From: Scyliorhinus canicula
Taxonomy: Eukaryota
Reading direction: 5' to 3'
Length of the DNA stretch: 64,000 nt
NCBI RefSeq assembly: GCF_902713615.1
Contig: NC_052162.1
Span: forward strand, 130,844,653 to 130,908,652
The notes beneath the pieces were generated by a model, which was given only the letters and a program-made list of their open reading frames with translations, searched no databases and had not been told where the DNA came from. The translations under genes were made by a program, and so were the position numbers. Shown here one piece after another: positions 23,820 through 34,924 of the stretch (positions within the stretch are counted from its first letter, which is position 1; the number at the start of each line of letters is the position of its first letter).

Positions 23820-24112
23820 ATAATAATCTCTATTGTCACAAGTAGGCTTACATTAACACTGCAATGAAGTTACTGTGAAAAGCCCCCAGTCGCCACATTC
23901 CGGCGCCTGTCCGGGTCACAGAGGGAGAATTCAGAATGTCCAATTCACCTCACAGCACATCTTTTGGGAATTGTGGGAGGAAACTGGAGCATCCGGAGGA
24001 AACCCACGCAGACACGGGGAGAACGTGCAGACTCCGCACAGACAGTGACCCAAGCCAGGAATCGAACTTGAGATCCTAGAGCTGTGAGCAACAGTGCTAA
24101 CAACTGTGCTAC
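23820..24112 (-). mobile_element. V-SINE head with GGAATGTGGCGAC-type tail
   Basis: Family match. Confidence 0.8.
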
Positions 24113-24330
24113 TAGTTAGACTTAAGTAAGAAACACAAGCATTCGGCAAGTAAAGATAAGATGAGCTCAGGGATAATAAAGTAGTGGCGGCATGGTGGCA
24201 CAGCGGTTTGCACAGCGCCAGGGACCCGGGTTCAATGCCAGCCTTGGGTGACTGTGTGGAGTTTGTACATTCTCCCCATGTCTGTGTGGGTTTCCTCTGT
24301 AGCTCTGGTTTCCTTCCACAGTCCAAAGAT

Positions 24331-26400
24331 AGAGTCATGGATGCTTACAGCATGAAAACAGGCCCATCGGCCCAGCTGGTCCATGCCGCCCAGTTTCTAT
24401 CACTAGGCTAGTCCTACTTGCCCGCATTTGGCCCATATCCCTCTATACCCACCCTGCCCATGTAACTTTCTAACTGCTTTTTAAAAGACAAAATTGTACC
24501 CACCTCTACCACTGCCTCTGGCAGCCTGTTTCAGATGCTCACCACCCTCTGTGTGAAAAATTGCTCCTCTGGTCTCTTTTGTATATCTCGCCTCTCACCT
24601 TAAACCTATGCCCTCTAGTTCTAGACTCCTCTACCTTGGGAAAAGATGACAACTATCTACCTTATCAATGCCCCTCAGTATTTTATAGCCCTCCATAAGT
24701 TCACCACTAAGCCTCCTATGCTCCAGGGAAAAAAATCCCAGCCTATCCAGCCTCTCCTTATAACTCAGGCCATCAAGTCCTGGTGGCATCCTTGTCAATC
24801 TCTTCTGCACACTTTCTAGTTTAAAAATATCCTTCCTGTAATAGGGTGACCAGAACTGAACACAGTATTCCATGTGTGGTCTTACTAATGTCTTGTACAA
24901 CTTCAACAAGATATCCCAACTTTTGTATTCAATATTCTGACCAATAAAACCTAGTATGCTGAATGCCTTCTTCACCACCCTGTCCACCTGCGACTCAATT
25001 TCAAGAAGCTATGAACCTGTATTCCTAGATCACTTTGTTCTGTAATTCTCCCCAACTCCCTCCCATTAACTGAGTAGGTCCTGCCTTGATTTGATCTACC
25101 AAAATCCATCACCTCACATTTATCCAAATTAAACACCATCTGTCATTCATCAGCCCACTGGCCCAATTGGTCAAGATCCTGTTGCAATCTTATTTAACCT
25201 TCTTCACTATCCACTATGCCACCAATCTTGGTGTCATCTGCAAACTTACTAACCATGTCTCCTATAGTCTCATCCAAATCATTAATATATATAAAAATAA
25301 CAGTGGACCCAGCACTGATCCCTGAGGCACACCGCTGGTCACAGGCCTCCAGTTTGAAAAACAACCCTCCACAACCACCCTTTAGCTTCAGTCGCCAAGC
25401 CAATTTTGTATCCAATTGGGTACCTCGCCCTGGATTCCATGAGATTTAACCTTTTGCAACAACCTACCATGCGGTACCTTGTCAAAGGCCTTGCTAAAGT
25501 CCATGTAGACAACGTCGACCACACTGCCCTCATCTACCTTCTTGCTTACCCCTTCAAAAAACACAATCAAATTCGTGAGATATGACTTTCCCCTTACAAA
25601 GCCATGCTGACTTTCCCTAATTAGCCCTTGCCTGTCTAAATGCCTGTAAATCCTGTCCCTCGGAATACCTTCTACCTTCTAACAATTTACCCACTACAGA
25701 AGTAAGACTCACGGGTCGGTAGTTCCTAGGCTTATCCCTACAGCCTTTCTTAAACAAGGGCACAACATTTGCTACCCTCCAATCTTCAGGCACTCTCCTG
25801 TGGCCGCCGATGATTTAAATATCTCAGCTAGGGGGCCGGCAATTTCCTCCCTCGCTTCCCACAATGTCCTGGGATACATTTCATCAGGTCCAGGGGATTT
25901 GGCTATCTTGATGCACTTTAATACCTCCAGCACCTCCTTCTCTGTAATATGTGCACTCCTCAAGACATCACTTTTTATTTCCCGAATTTCCCTAACATTC
26001 GTGGCTTTCTTAACAGCAAATGCTGATGAGAAATATTCATTTAGGACCTCTCCCATCCCTTGCGGATCCCCACACAGATGACCCTGTTTATCCCTAAGAG
26101 GCCCCACCCTCACCCTGGTCATTCTTTTTGCCCTCAATATCTCGAGTCATCCAGGGTTTGCTACTTCTACCAGCCTTACCCTTCACTCTTAGGAGGAATT
26201 TTCTCAGCCTGGACCCTAGTTAACACACTTTTGAAAGGCTCCCACTTACCAGCTATCCTCTTGCCTGTAAACAGGCTCCCCCAATCAACTTTTGAAAGTT
26301 CCCGCCTAATGCCATCGAAATTGGTCTTGTCCCAATTTAAAATTTTAACTTTTGGACCAGAACTATAATTCTCCATAGCTATCTTAAAACTAATGGAATG
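24331..26400 (-). mobile_element. 5'-truncated CR1 ORF2 inserted in a plus-strand SINE (24186-24330 and 26408-26590)
   Basis: VYMDFSKAFDKVPH, SKFADDTKIGG, LYKTLVRPHMEYCVQFWSP. Confidence 0.9.
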
Positions 26401-27275
26401 AGTGAAGGTGTGCAGGTTAGATGCAGTGGCCATGCTAAAATTGCCCCTTGGTGTTCAAAAGGATAGCTGAAGTTACTGGGTTATGAGGATGGATGGAGGT
26501 GTGGACTTAAGTAGGGTGCTCTTTCCAAGGGCCGGTGCAGACACGATGAGCCAAATGAGCTCTTTCTGCACTGTAAATTGTATGATTCCATCAGTAAACC
26601 AAAGTAGGATAATATTAATACAAAGGAAGCAAATGGAAGCCATGGCAGGAATGATTGGTCATGTGGAATGCGTGTTCTACAATATGTGTGAAGCTGGCCA
26701 CTACAGTATCCAAGATAACTACATCTGCAGCAACTGTCACCAGCTGAAGAACCTGAGCTCTGGGTTTCAGAGCTCAAGCGGCGGTGGGGGTCACTGTGGC
26801 ATATCTGCAAAGCTGAAAGCTACATGGATAGCGGGGTTCAGAGAGCTGGTCAGACTGAAGCTTAGTAGCCTGGAGGCAGGAAGTGAATGGGTGAGCAGCA
26901 GACAGTCCAAGAGAATTAGACAGAAGTTACCTGGGATCCTGCTCACTAATCATTTTTTCATTGTGGGTACTGGTGAGGGAGGAGTGCCGTCTGAGCCAAA
27001 AGAGGTGGTTCTCCTGTACAGGAGAGAAGGAGGAAGGGGGAACAGCAGTAGAAACAGGAGGCCCATCAGTTAGGGGAGCAGACAGATATTTCTATGGCTG
27101 TGGATGTGATTCCAGTATGTTATGTTGCCTCCCTGGTTCCAGAATCAAGGATGTCAATGAGCGGCTGTAGGATATTCCCTGAGGAGGTTGATCAGCCAGA
27201 TGTCATGGTCCACATTGACATAGATTTTGAAGGGAAACAGATTTCAGGGAGCAAGGAAAACGATTAGAAAATAGG

Positions 27276-27439
27276 GGTCTGGATTCTCCGTTGCGCCGGC
27301 ATCGCACCCAAACTTGGGGATTTCCCAATGGCATGGGGCTGCCCACAATGGGCAACCCTATTGGCCGGCTGGCAGGACAGAGAATCCCGCTGGTGCGCCG
27401 CACCAGAAAACATGTGTGGCGGGGCAGAGAATCCCGCCC
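27276..27439. mobile_element. Short MITE of the GGGYGGGATTCTC family
   Basis: TIR GGTCTGGATTCTC / GAGAATCCCGCCC, 3-bp TSD AGG; removal restores CR1 ORF1 LENRNSKAVISG. Confidence 0.75.
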
Positions 27440-27591
27440 AGGAACTCTAAAGCAGTAATCTCAGGATTACTCCCAGTGCCATGTGCAAGTGAGTATATAA
27501 TTGGGGAATGAGTGACTAAACACACAGTTGGAAAGCTGGTGTAGGAGGGAGGGCGCCTGATTTATGAGGCACTGGTTCTGGAAAAGATAGG

Positions 27592-27750
27592 GGGCTGAAT
27601 TCTCCGTCGTCGAGATGCTCCATTTTGCCGGCAGACCGGGGGTTTCCCGAGGGCGTGGGGCTGCTCCACAATAGGAAACCCCATTGACCAGACGGTGAAA
27701 CGGAGAATCCTACGGCGTGCTGAACCAGAAATCTGGCGTGACGGGATGGA
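27592..27750. mobile_element. Second, 3'-truncated copy of the short MITE
   Basis: Similar to 27276-27439 (GGGGCTGCYCCACAATRGG, GAGAATCC, ACCAGAAA). Confidence 0.6.
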
Positions 27751-27946
27751 AAGTCTGTACAAGCCGGACCCGAATGGGACCAGGTCGAATATCCTCGCAA
27801 GGAGATTTACAACTGGTGCTGGGGTGGGCATGGGTTCAATTCCCGTACTGGCTGAGTTTGTGCATGAAGGTTCAACCTTGACCCCTCCCCCCGCGCCCCC
27901 ATTGATTGTAACTCCCAATTGATCTTACTTATCATCCTCATGATTT

Positions 27947-28420
27947 GGGCAGCACAGTGGTTAGCACTATGGCTTCACAGTGCCAGGGTACCAGGTTCGA
28001 TTCCCAGCTTGGGTCACTGTCTGTGGAGTCTGCATGTTTCTCTCCGTGGGTTTCCTCTGGGTGCTCCGGTTTCCTCCCTCAAGTCCCGAAAGACATGATG
28101 ATAGGTAAATTGGACATTCTGAATTCTCCCTCGGTGTATCTGAACAGGCGCCGGAATGTGCCGACTGAAATGAAATGAAAAAAATGAAATTAAAATCGCT
28201 TATTGTCACAAGTAGGCTTCAAATGAAGTTACTGTGAAAAGCCCCGAGTCGCCACATTCCGGCGCCTGTTCGGGGAGGCTGGTACGGGAATTGAACCGTG
28301 CTGCTGGCCTGCCTTGGTCTGCTTTAAAAGTCAGCGATTTAGTCCTGTGCTAAATCAGCGCCAACCAGTGACTAGGGGATTTTCACAGTAACTTCATTGC
28401 AGTGTTAATGTATGCCTACT
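27947..28420 (+). mobile_element. V-SINE with nested minus-strand GGGGCTGGTTTAGC-type SINE (28167-28362)
   Basis: Family matches. Confidence 0.75.
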
Positions 28421-28423
28421 TTT

Positions 28424-28748
28424 AGAACATAGAACATACAGTGCAGAAGGAGGCCATTTGACCCATCGAGTCTGCACCGATCCACTTAAGCCCTCATTTC
28501 CACCCTATCCCCGTAACCCAATAACCCCTCTTAACCTTTTTTGGTCACTAAGGGCAATTTATCATGACCAATCTAGCTAACCCGCACATCTTTGGACTGT
28601 GGGAGGAAACCGGAGCACCCGGAGGAAACCCACGCAGACACGTGGAGAACGTGCAGACTCCGCACAGACAATGACACAGCAGGGAATCGAACCTGGGACC
28701 CTGGCGCTGTGAAGACACAGGGCTATCACTTGTGCTACCGTGCTGCCC
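28424..28748 (-). mobile_element. V-SINE with CR1-type tail
   Basis: Family match. Confidence 0.85.
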
Positions 28749-28799
28749 TACTTGTGACGAGATAGATTTTCATCCCAATACCAGGAATTTGGAGGCTGG

Positions 28800-29043
28800 T
28801 TCTGGATGGGTAATGGCGGCCTCATCTCCCACAAGCCCCCGCGCTGGGGAAACCACTCTAACCGCAGCGTGGACAGGCGGTCCGGGACTGCGCATGTGCG
28901 AAAGTACCTCATCCTTATCAGCTTGACGAATAGGAAGAGTGGGAGGACCGGAAGGACACTGGTCCTCCAGCCAATCAGAGCACGGGCTTTGTGTGAACGA
29001 AGGTGGAGCTTCACACACACTTCCTCCAGTGTCCAACGTGAGT
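28800..29043 (+). promoter_or_regulatory. ZNF promoter and non-coding exon 1 with splice donor
   Basis: AATGGCGGC (YY1-like), TGCGCATGTGCG (NRF1-like), GGTCCTCCAGCCAATCAGA, donor GTGAGT at 29038; homologous exon on minus strand at 45030-45086. Confidence 0.65.
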
Positions 29044-29339
29044 AAAACACTTTCTTTTTTCCCCCTTTCAATTATTTTCTATTTCTGGGTTTAAATTGTT
29101 GACGTGTAGGAACTGAAGGGAAAGGAAATGAATCCCAGGAGGATGCAGACTCTAGAAAGGTTGGCCCAGTTCTCTCTCTCTCCCCCCCCCCCCCCCCCTC
29201 TCAAAGGCATTGACATCCTTTTCTACCTCAGCTTGACACATTTATTTGTTTGGCATGTTCACAATTAAAGGGATGGTTTTCCCCCGGAGGTGACTGACAT
29301 TGCAAGGTACAGTGAATTAATACACAGATAATATACACA

Positions 29340-31000
29340 AAGGAACGTAGAGCACAGGAACAGGCCCTACAAGCATGCACCGACCATGCTGCTCGTCTAA
29401 TCTTTTTTAAAAATTTAGAGTACCCAATTATTTTTCCAATTAAGGGACAATTTAGCATAGCCAATCCACTAGCCTGCATATCTTTTGGGTTGTCGAGGTG
29501 AGATCCATGCAGGGGAGAATCTGCAAACTGCACATAGACAGTGACCCAGGGCCGGGATCAAACCCAGGTCCTCAGTGCTGTAGGCAGCAGTGCTAACCAC
29601 TGTGCTGCCATCTGCCTGTATAACCTAAATCATTCTACACTTCCGGAGTCCTTATCCCTTTATTCCCATCCTATTCATGTATTTGACAAGACCCCCCCTC
29701 AGTCGTCACTATAGTACCTGCTTCCAACACCAGCTCTGGCAGCAATTCCAGGCACCCTCTGTGTAAAATCCTTCCCTTGCTCATGTCCTCTAAACTTTGC
29801 CCCTCGCATCTTAAACCTATGTCCCCTAGTAATTGACCCTTCCACCCTGGAACAAAGTTTCTGACTATCCGTTCTATCTATGCCCCTCATAGATTTGTAG
29901 ACTTCTATCAGGTCGCCCCTCGACCTCCGTCGTCCCAGTGAGAACTAACCGAGTTTATCTAACCTCTCCTCATTGCTAATGCCCTCCATAAAAGGCAACA
30001 TCCTGGTAAGCTTGTTCTGTACTCTCTCCAAAGCTTCCACATCCTTTTGGTAGTGTGACACCCAGAATTGAACACTATACTCCAAGTGTGGCCAGACTAA
30101 GAGCCTATACAGCTGCAACATGACTTGCCAATTTTTATACTCAGCCAATGAAGGCAAGCATGCTATATGTCTTCTTGACTACCTTCTCCACCCGCGTTGC
30201 CACTTTCGGTGACCCGTGGACCTGTACATCCAGATCCCACTGCCTGTCAATTCTCTTAAGGGTTCTGCTATTTACTGTATATTTCCCACCTGTATTAGAC
30301 CTTCCAAAATGCATTACCTCACATTGGTCTGGATTAAACTCCATCTGCCATCTCTTCTCCCAAGTCTCCAACTGATCTATAACCTGCTGTACCTTCTGAC
30401 AGTCCTCATTGCTATCTGTAATTCAACCAATGTTTATGTCGTCTGCAAACTTACTAATCAGACCAGTTACATTTTCCTCCAAAACATTTATATCTATATT
30501 ACTAAAAGTAGAGGTCCCAACACTGATCCCTGCTAGTCACAGCCCTCCATTCAGAAAAGCCTCCTTCCACTGCTACCCACTAACTTCTATGACCGAGCCA
30601 GTTCTGTATCCATCTTGACATCTCACCTCTGATCCCGTGCGACTTCACCTTCTGTATCAGTCTGCCATAAAACATTGAACATGCAGTGCAGAAGGAGGCC
30701 ATTCGGCCCATCGAGTCTGCACCGACCCACTGAAGCCCTCACTTTCACCCTATCCCCATAACCCAATAAACCCTCCTAACCTTTTTGGGCACTAAGGGCA
30801 ATTTATCATGGCCAATCCACCTAACCTGCACGTCTTTGGACTGTGGGAGGAAACCGGAGCACCCGGGGGAAACCCACGCAGACACGGGGAGAATGTGCAG
30901 ACTCCGCACAGACAGTGACCCAGTGGGGAATCGAACCTGGGACCGACCCTGAATTCCTGTCAACTGACATTCGAAAGCCTCCCACATGGCAGATGTTGAT
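29340..31000 (-). mobile_element. Deleted CR1 3' fragment with nested SINEs (29402-29612, 30672-30945)
   Basis: WQMEFNPDQCEVMHFG, HLEYSVQFW. Confidence 0.85.
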
Positions 31001-31009
31001 TGACCCATG

Positions 31010-31390
31010 TTCTCAGTCTTTTGTATCTCCTGCCCGATGGAAGAGAGAATAACCCTAATGGGAGGGTTCTTTGATTATGCTGCCTGCTTTCCCAAAGCAG
31101 CGGGAGGTGTAGGTAGAGTCAATGGGTAGGAAGTGAGTTTGCGTGATGGACTGGGCTGTGTTCACGACTCTATGTAGTTTCTCATGGTCTTGGGCCGAAC
31201 AGTTGCCATACCAGGCTGTGATTCATCCAGATAGGATGCTTTCTACGGTGCATCTGTAAAAATTACTAAGAGTCAATGTGGATATGCCGACTTTCCTTAG
31301 TTTCCTGAGGACGTATAGGCGCTATTGTGCTTTCTTGGTCGATGTGGGTGGACTAGGACAGGTTGTTGGTGATGTGCACACCTAGGAATT
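31010..31390 (-). mobile_element. Rex1/Babar-like LINE 3' fragment
   Basis: Homologous to 39800-40070. Confidence 0.6.
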
Positions 31391-31424
31391 AGCACCTTCA
31401 CCTGAGGACTACATAACAATAACA

Positions 31425-31885
31425 GTAATAATCTTTATTATTGTCACAAGTAGGCTTCATTAACACATTAACACAGCAATGAAGTTACTGTGGAAATCCC
31501 CAAGTCGCCACACTCCGGCGCCTGTTCAGGTACACTGAGGGAGAATTCGGAATGTCCAATTCACCTAATAAGCACGTCTTTCGGGGCTTGTGTCAAGGGG
31601 CTGGTTTAGCACAGTGGGCTAAATAAAACAAGGCCAGCAGCACGGTTCAATTCCCGTACCGGCCTCCCCGAACAGGTGCCGGAATGTGGCGACTAAGGAC
31701 TTTTCACAGTAACTTAATTGAAGCCTACTTGTGACAGTAAGCGATTATTATTATTGTGGGAGGAAACCGGAGCAGACACGGGGAGAATGTGCAGACTCTG
31801 CACAGACAGTGATCCTAGCAGGAATTGAACCTGGGACCCTGGCGCTGTGAAGCAACAGTGCTAACCACTAAGCTACTGTGCCAGC
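31425..31885 (-). mobile_element. V-SINE with nested plus-strand GGGGCTGGTTTAGC SINE (31597-31755)
   Basis: Family matches. Confidence 0.75.
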
Positions 31886-32327
31886 CATCTCCTACCTGCT
31901 CCTATCTTTATCCAACAGTACCTTGAAACCTACTGAATTATATATCTGGTGTTATATGGTTCATATTAGATATATTATTTATGCTTCTCGGATAATATAT
32001 ATATTTACATTTATAGTCTTGTAATTTAGTTGTATCGCTAACCTTATATTTTTCCAGTCGGTCATTACAGCACAGAAGGAGTTCATTTGGCAACTCTAGT
32101 TCATGCTGACTCTCTGTCGAGCAATCTAATCAGTCCCATTCCCCCTCTATATTCTCCCAGACCTTCAAATCTATTTCCTTCAAGTGCCCATCCAATTTCC
32201 TTTTGAAATTATTGATCACCTCCACATCTACCATCCTCTTTGACAGTGAGTTCCCGGTCATGACCACTCATTGCTTAAATAAATATCTTCCCCATGAATA
32301 AAGTGATTCAGTCCTGCAGGATTCAGT

Positions 32328-33405
32328 GACAGCCGGGACATTGAAAAGAGCGCGAGAGGTAAGACAGCCGGGAAATTGAAAACAGCGCGGGAGGAGAGAC
32401 AGCCAGGACATTGAAAAGAGCGCGAGAGGTAAGACAGCCGGGACATTGAAAACAGCGCGGGAGGAGAGACAGCCAGGACGTTGAAAAGAGCGCGAGAGGT
32501 AAGACAGCCGGGACATTGAAAAGAGTGCGAGAGGTAAGACAGCCGGGACATTCAAAACAGCGCGAGAGGAGAGACAGCCGGGACATTGAAAAGAGCGCGA
32601 GAGGTATGACAGCCGGGACATTCAAAACAGCGCGAGAGGAGAGACAGCCGGGACATTGAAAAGAGCGCGAGAGGTAAGACAGCCGGGACATTGAAAACAG
32701 CGCGGGAGGAGAGACAGCCAGGACGTTGAAAAGAGCGCGAGAGGTAAGACAGCCGGGACATTGAAAAGAGCGCGAGAGGTAAGACAGCCGGGACATTCAA
32801 AACAGCGCGATAGGAGAGACAGCCGGGACATTGAAAAGAGCGCGAGAGGTAAGACAGCCGGGACATTCAAAACAGCGCGAGAGGAGAGACAGCCGGGACA
32901 TTGAAAAGAGCGCGAGAGGTAAGACAGCCGGGAAATTGAAAACAGCGCGGGAGGAGAGACAGCCAGGACATTGAAAAGAGCGCGAGAGGTAAGACAGCCG
33001 GGACATTGAAAACAGCGCGGGAGGAGAGACAGCCAGGACGTTGAAAAGAGCGCGAGAGGTAAGACAGCCGGGACATTGAAAAGAGCGCGAGAGGTAAGAC
33101 AGCCGGGACATTCAAAACAGCGCGAGAGGAGAGACAGCCGGGACATTGAAAAGAGCGCGAGAGGTAAGACAGCCGGGACATTCAAAACAGCGCGAGAGGA
33201 GAGACAGCCGGGACATTGAAAAGAGCGCGAGAGGTAAGACAGCCGGGAAATTGAAAACAGCGCGGGAGGAGAGACAGCCAGGACATTGAAAAGAGCGCGA
33301 GAGGTAAGACAGCCGGGACATTGAAAACAGCGCGGGAGGAGAGACAGCCAGGACGTTGAAAAGAGCGCGAGAGGTAAGACAGCCGGGACATTGAAAAGAG
33401 CGGGA
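32328..33405. repeat. 35-bp tandem repeat, about 31 units, with 9-mer (315 bp) higher-order structure
   Basis: Unit GACAGCCGGGACATTGAAAAGAGCGCGAGAGGTAA and ordered variants. Confidence 0.97.
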
Positions 33406-33687
33406 GGGGACACATTGAGAGCGGCGGGGTGCCAGTGGGAGCAAAGATAATATAAGGCGGGAACCGGAAGTACGACCCGCGGACTTCTGGGAAGGATTTT
33501 CTCCTAGCCAATAAATTGTGGTGGAGAGGATACCCGAGACGCTACACGTGTAGTGTCTCCCACCCGCCCTCCTCCTCTAACCTAATAATAAGACCCATTG
33601 GGGTGAGCAGGTAAGTGCTATATTATATTATTATTTTTTTTATTTGTTTTATATTTGTTTACCAGAACTTGGTTGAAATTAAGTGGG

Positions 33688-34614
33688 ATGGCAGGGAAGG
33701 TAGTGCAATGTTCCTCCTGCAGGATGTTTGAGGTGAGGGATGCTGTTAGTGTCCCTGCTGATTTTACCTGCAGGAAGTGCAGCCAGCTCCAGCTCCTACA
33801 AGACCGAGTTATGGTACTGGAGCTGGAGTTGGATGAACTTCGGATCATTCGGGAGGCAGAGGTGGTCATAGATAGGAGCTTCAGGGAAGTAGTTACACCA
33901 AAGACTGGAGATAGATGGGTAACTGTAAGAGGGACTGGGAAGAAGCAGACAGTGCAGGGACCCCCTGCGGTCGTTCCCCTGAGTAACAAGTATACCGTTT
34001 TGGATACTTGTGGGGGGGACGACTTACCAGGGGTAAGCCATGGGGTGCGGAACTCTAGCACGGAGTCTGTCCCTGTTGCTCAGAAGGGAAGGGGGGAGAG
34101 GAGCAGAGCATTAGTAATTGGGGACTAAATAGTCAGGGGCACAGATAGGAGATTTTGTGGGAGCGAGAGAGACTCACGTTTGGTATGTTGCCTCCCAGGT
34201 GCAAGGGTAAGTGATGTCTCGGATCGTGTTTTTCGGGTCCTTAAGGGGGAGGGGGAGCAGCCCCAAGTCGTAGTCCACATTGGCACTAACGACATAGGTA
34301 GGAAAGGGGACAAGGATGTCAGGCAGGCCTTTAGGGAGCTAGGATGGAAGCTCAGAGCGAGAACAAACAGAGTTGTTATCTCTGGGTTGTTGCCCGTGCC
34401 ACGTGATAGTGAGACGAGGAATAGGGAGAGAGAGCAATTAAACACGTGGCTACAGGGATGGTGCAGGCGGGAGGAATTCAGATTTCTGGATAACTGGGGC
34501 TCTTTCTGGGGAAGGTGGGACCTCTATAGACAGGATGGTCTACATCTGAACCTAAGGGGCACCAATATCCTGGGGGGGAGATTTGTTAGTACTCTTTGGG
34601 GGGGTTTAAACTAA
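33688..34614 (+). pseudogene. CR1 ORF1 (CxxC..CxxC zinc finger, coiled coil, SGNH esterase) with one nonsense codon at 34126-34128
   Basis: CSSC..CRKC; VIGD*IVRG (catalytic Ser codon is TAA); HIGTND; DGLHLN. Confidence 0.9.
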
Positions 34615-34924
34615 TTCAGCAGGGGCATGGGAACCTGGATTGTAGTTTTGGGGTGCGAGAGATTGAGAGTAGAGAGGTCAGGAGCACAGATGTGACTTCG
34701 CAGGAAAGCGGCAGTGTTCAGGTAGGTGGTTTGAAGTGTGTCTATTTCAATGCCAGGAGTATACGAAATAAGGTAGGGGAACTGGCAGCATGGGTTGGTA
34801 CCTGGGACTTCGATGTTGTGGCCATTTCAGAGACATGGATAGAGCAGGGACAGGAATGGTTGTTGCAGGTTCCGGGGTTTAGGTGCTTTAGTAAAGTCAG
34901 AGAAGGGGCAAAAGAGGGGGAGGT

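Larger units (their letters stand above)
23570..27830 (+). mobile_element. Old CR1 5' portion (5'UTR about 23570-24180; ORF1 about 26630-27830) with nested insertions
   Basis: ORF1 CxxY..CxxC region, CCLPGSRIKDV, NSKAVISGLLPVP. Confidence 0.65.

Noticed and set aside
24331-27830. Apparent 5'-inverted (twin-primed) CR1: ORF2 minus next to ORF1 plus
   Set aside because: The minus ORF2 sits inside a SINE whose halves (24186-24330, 26408-26590) rejoin, and the plus ORF1 has its own 5'UTR upstream. These are two separate insertions.
32258-33511. Repetitive minus-strand ORFs and CRISPR-like 35-bp repeats
   Set aside because: Head-to-tail monomers without spacers; the ORFs are artefacts of the repeat.
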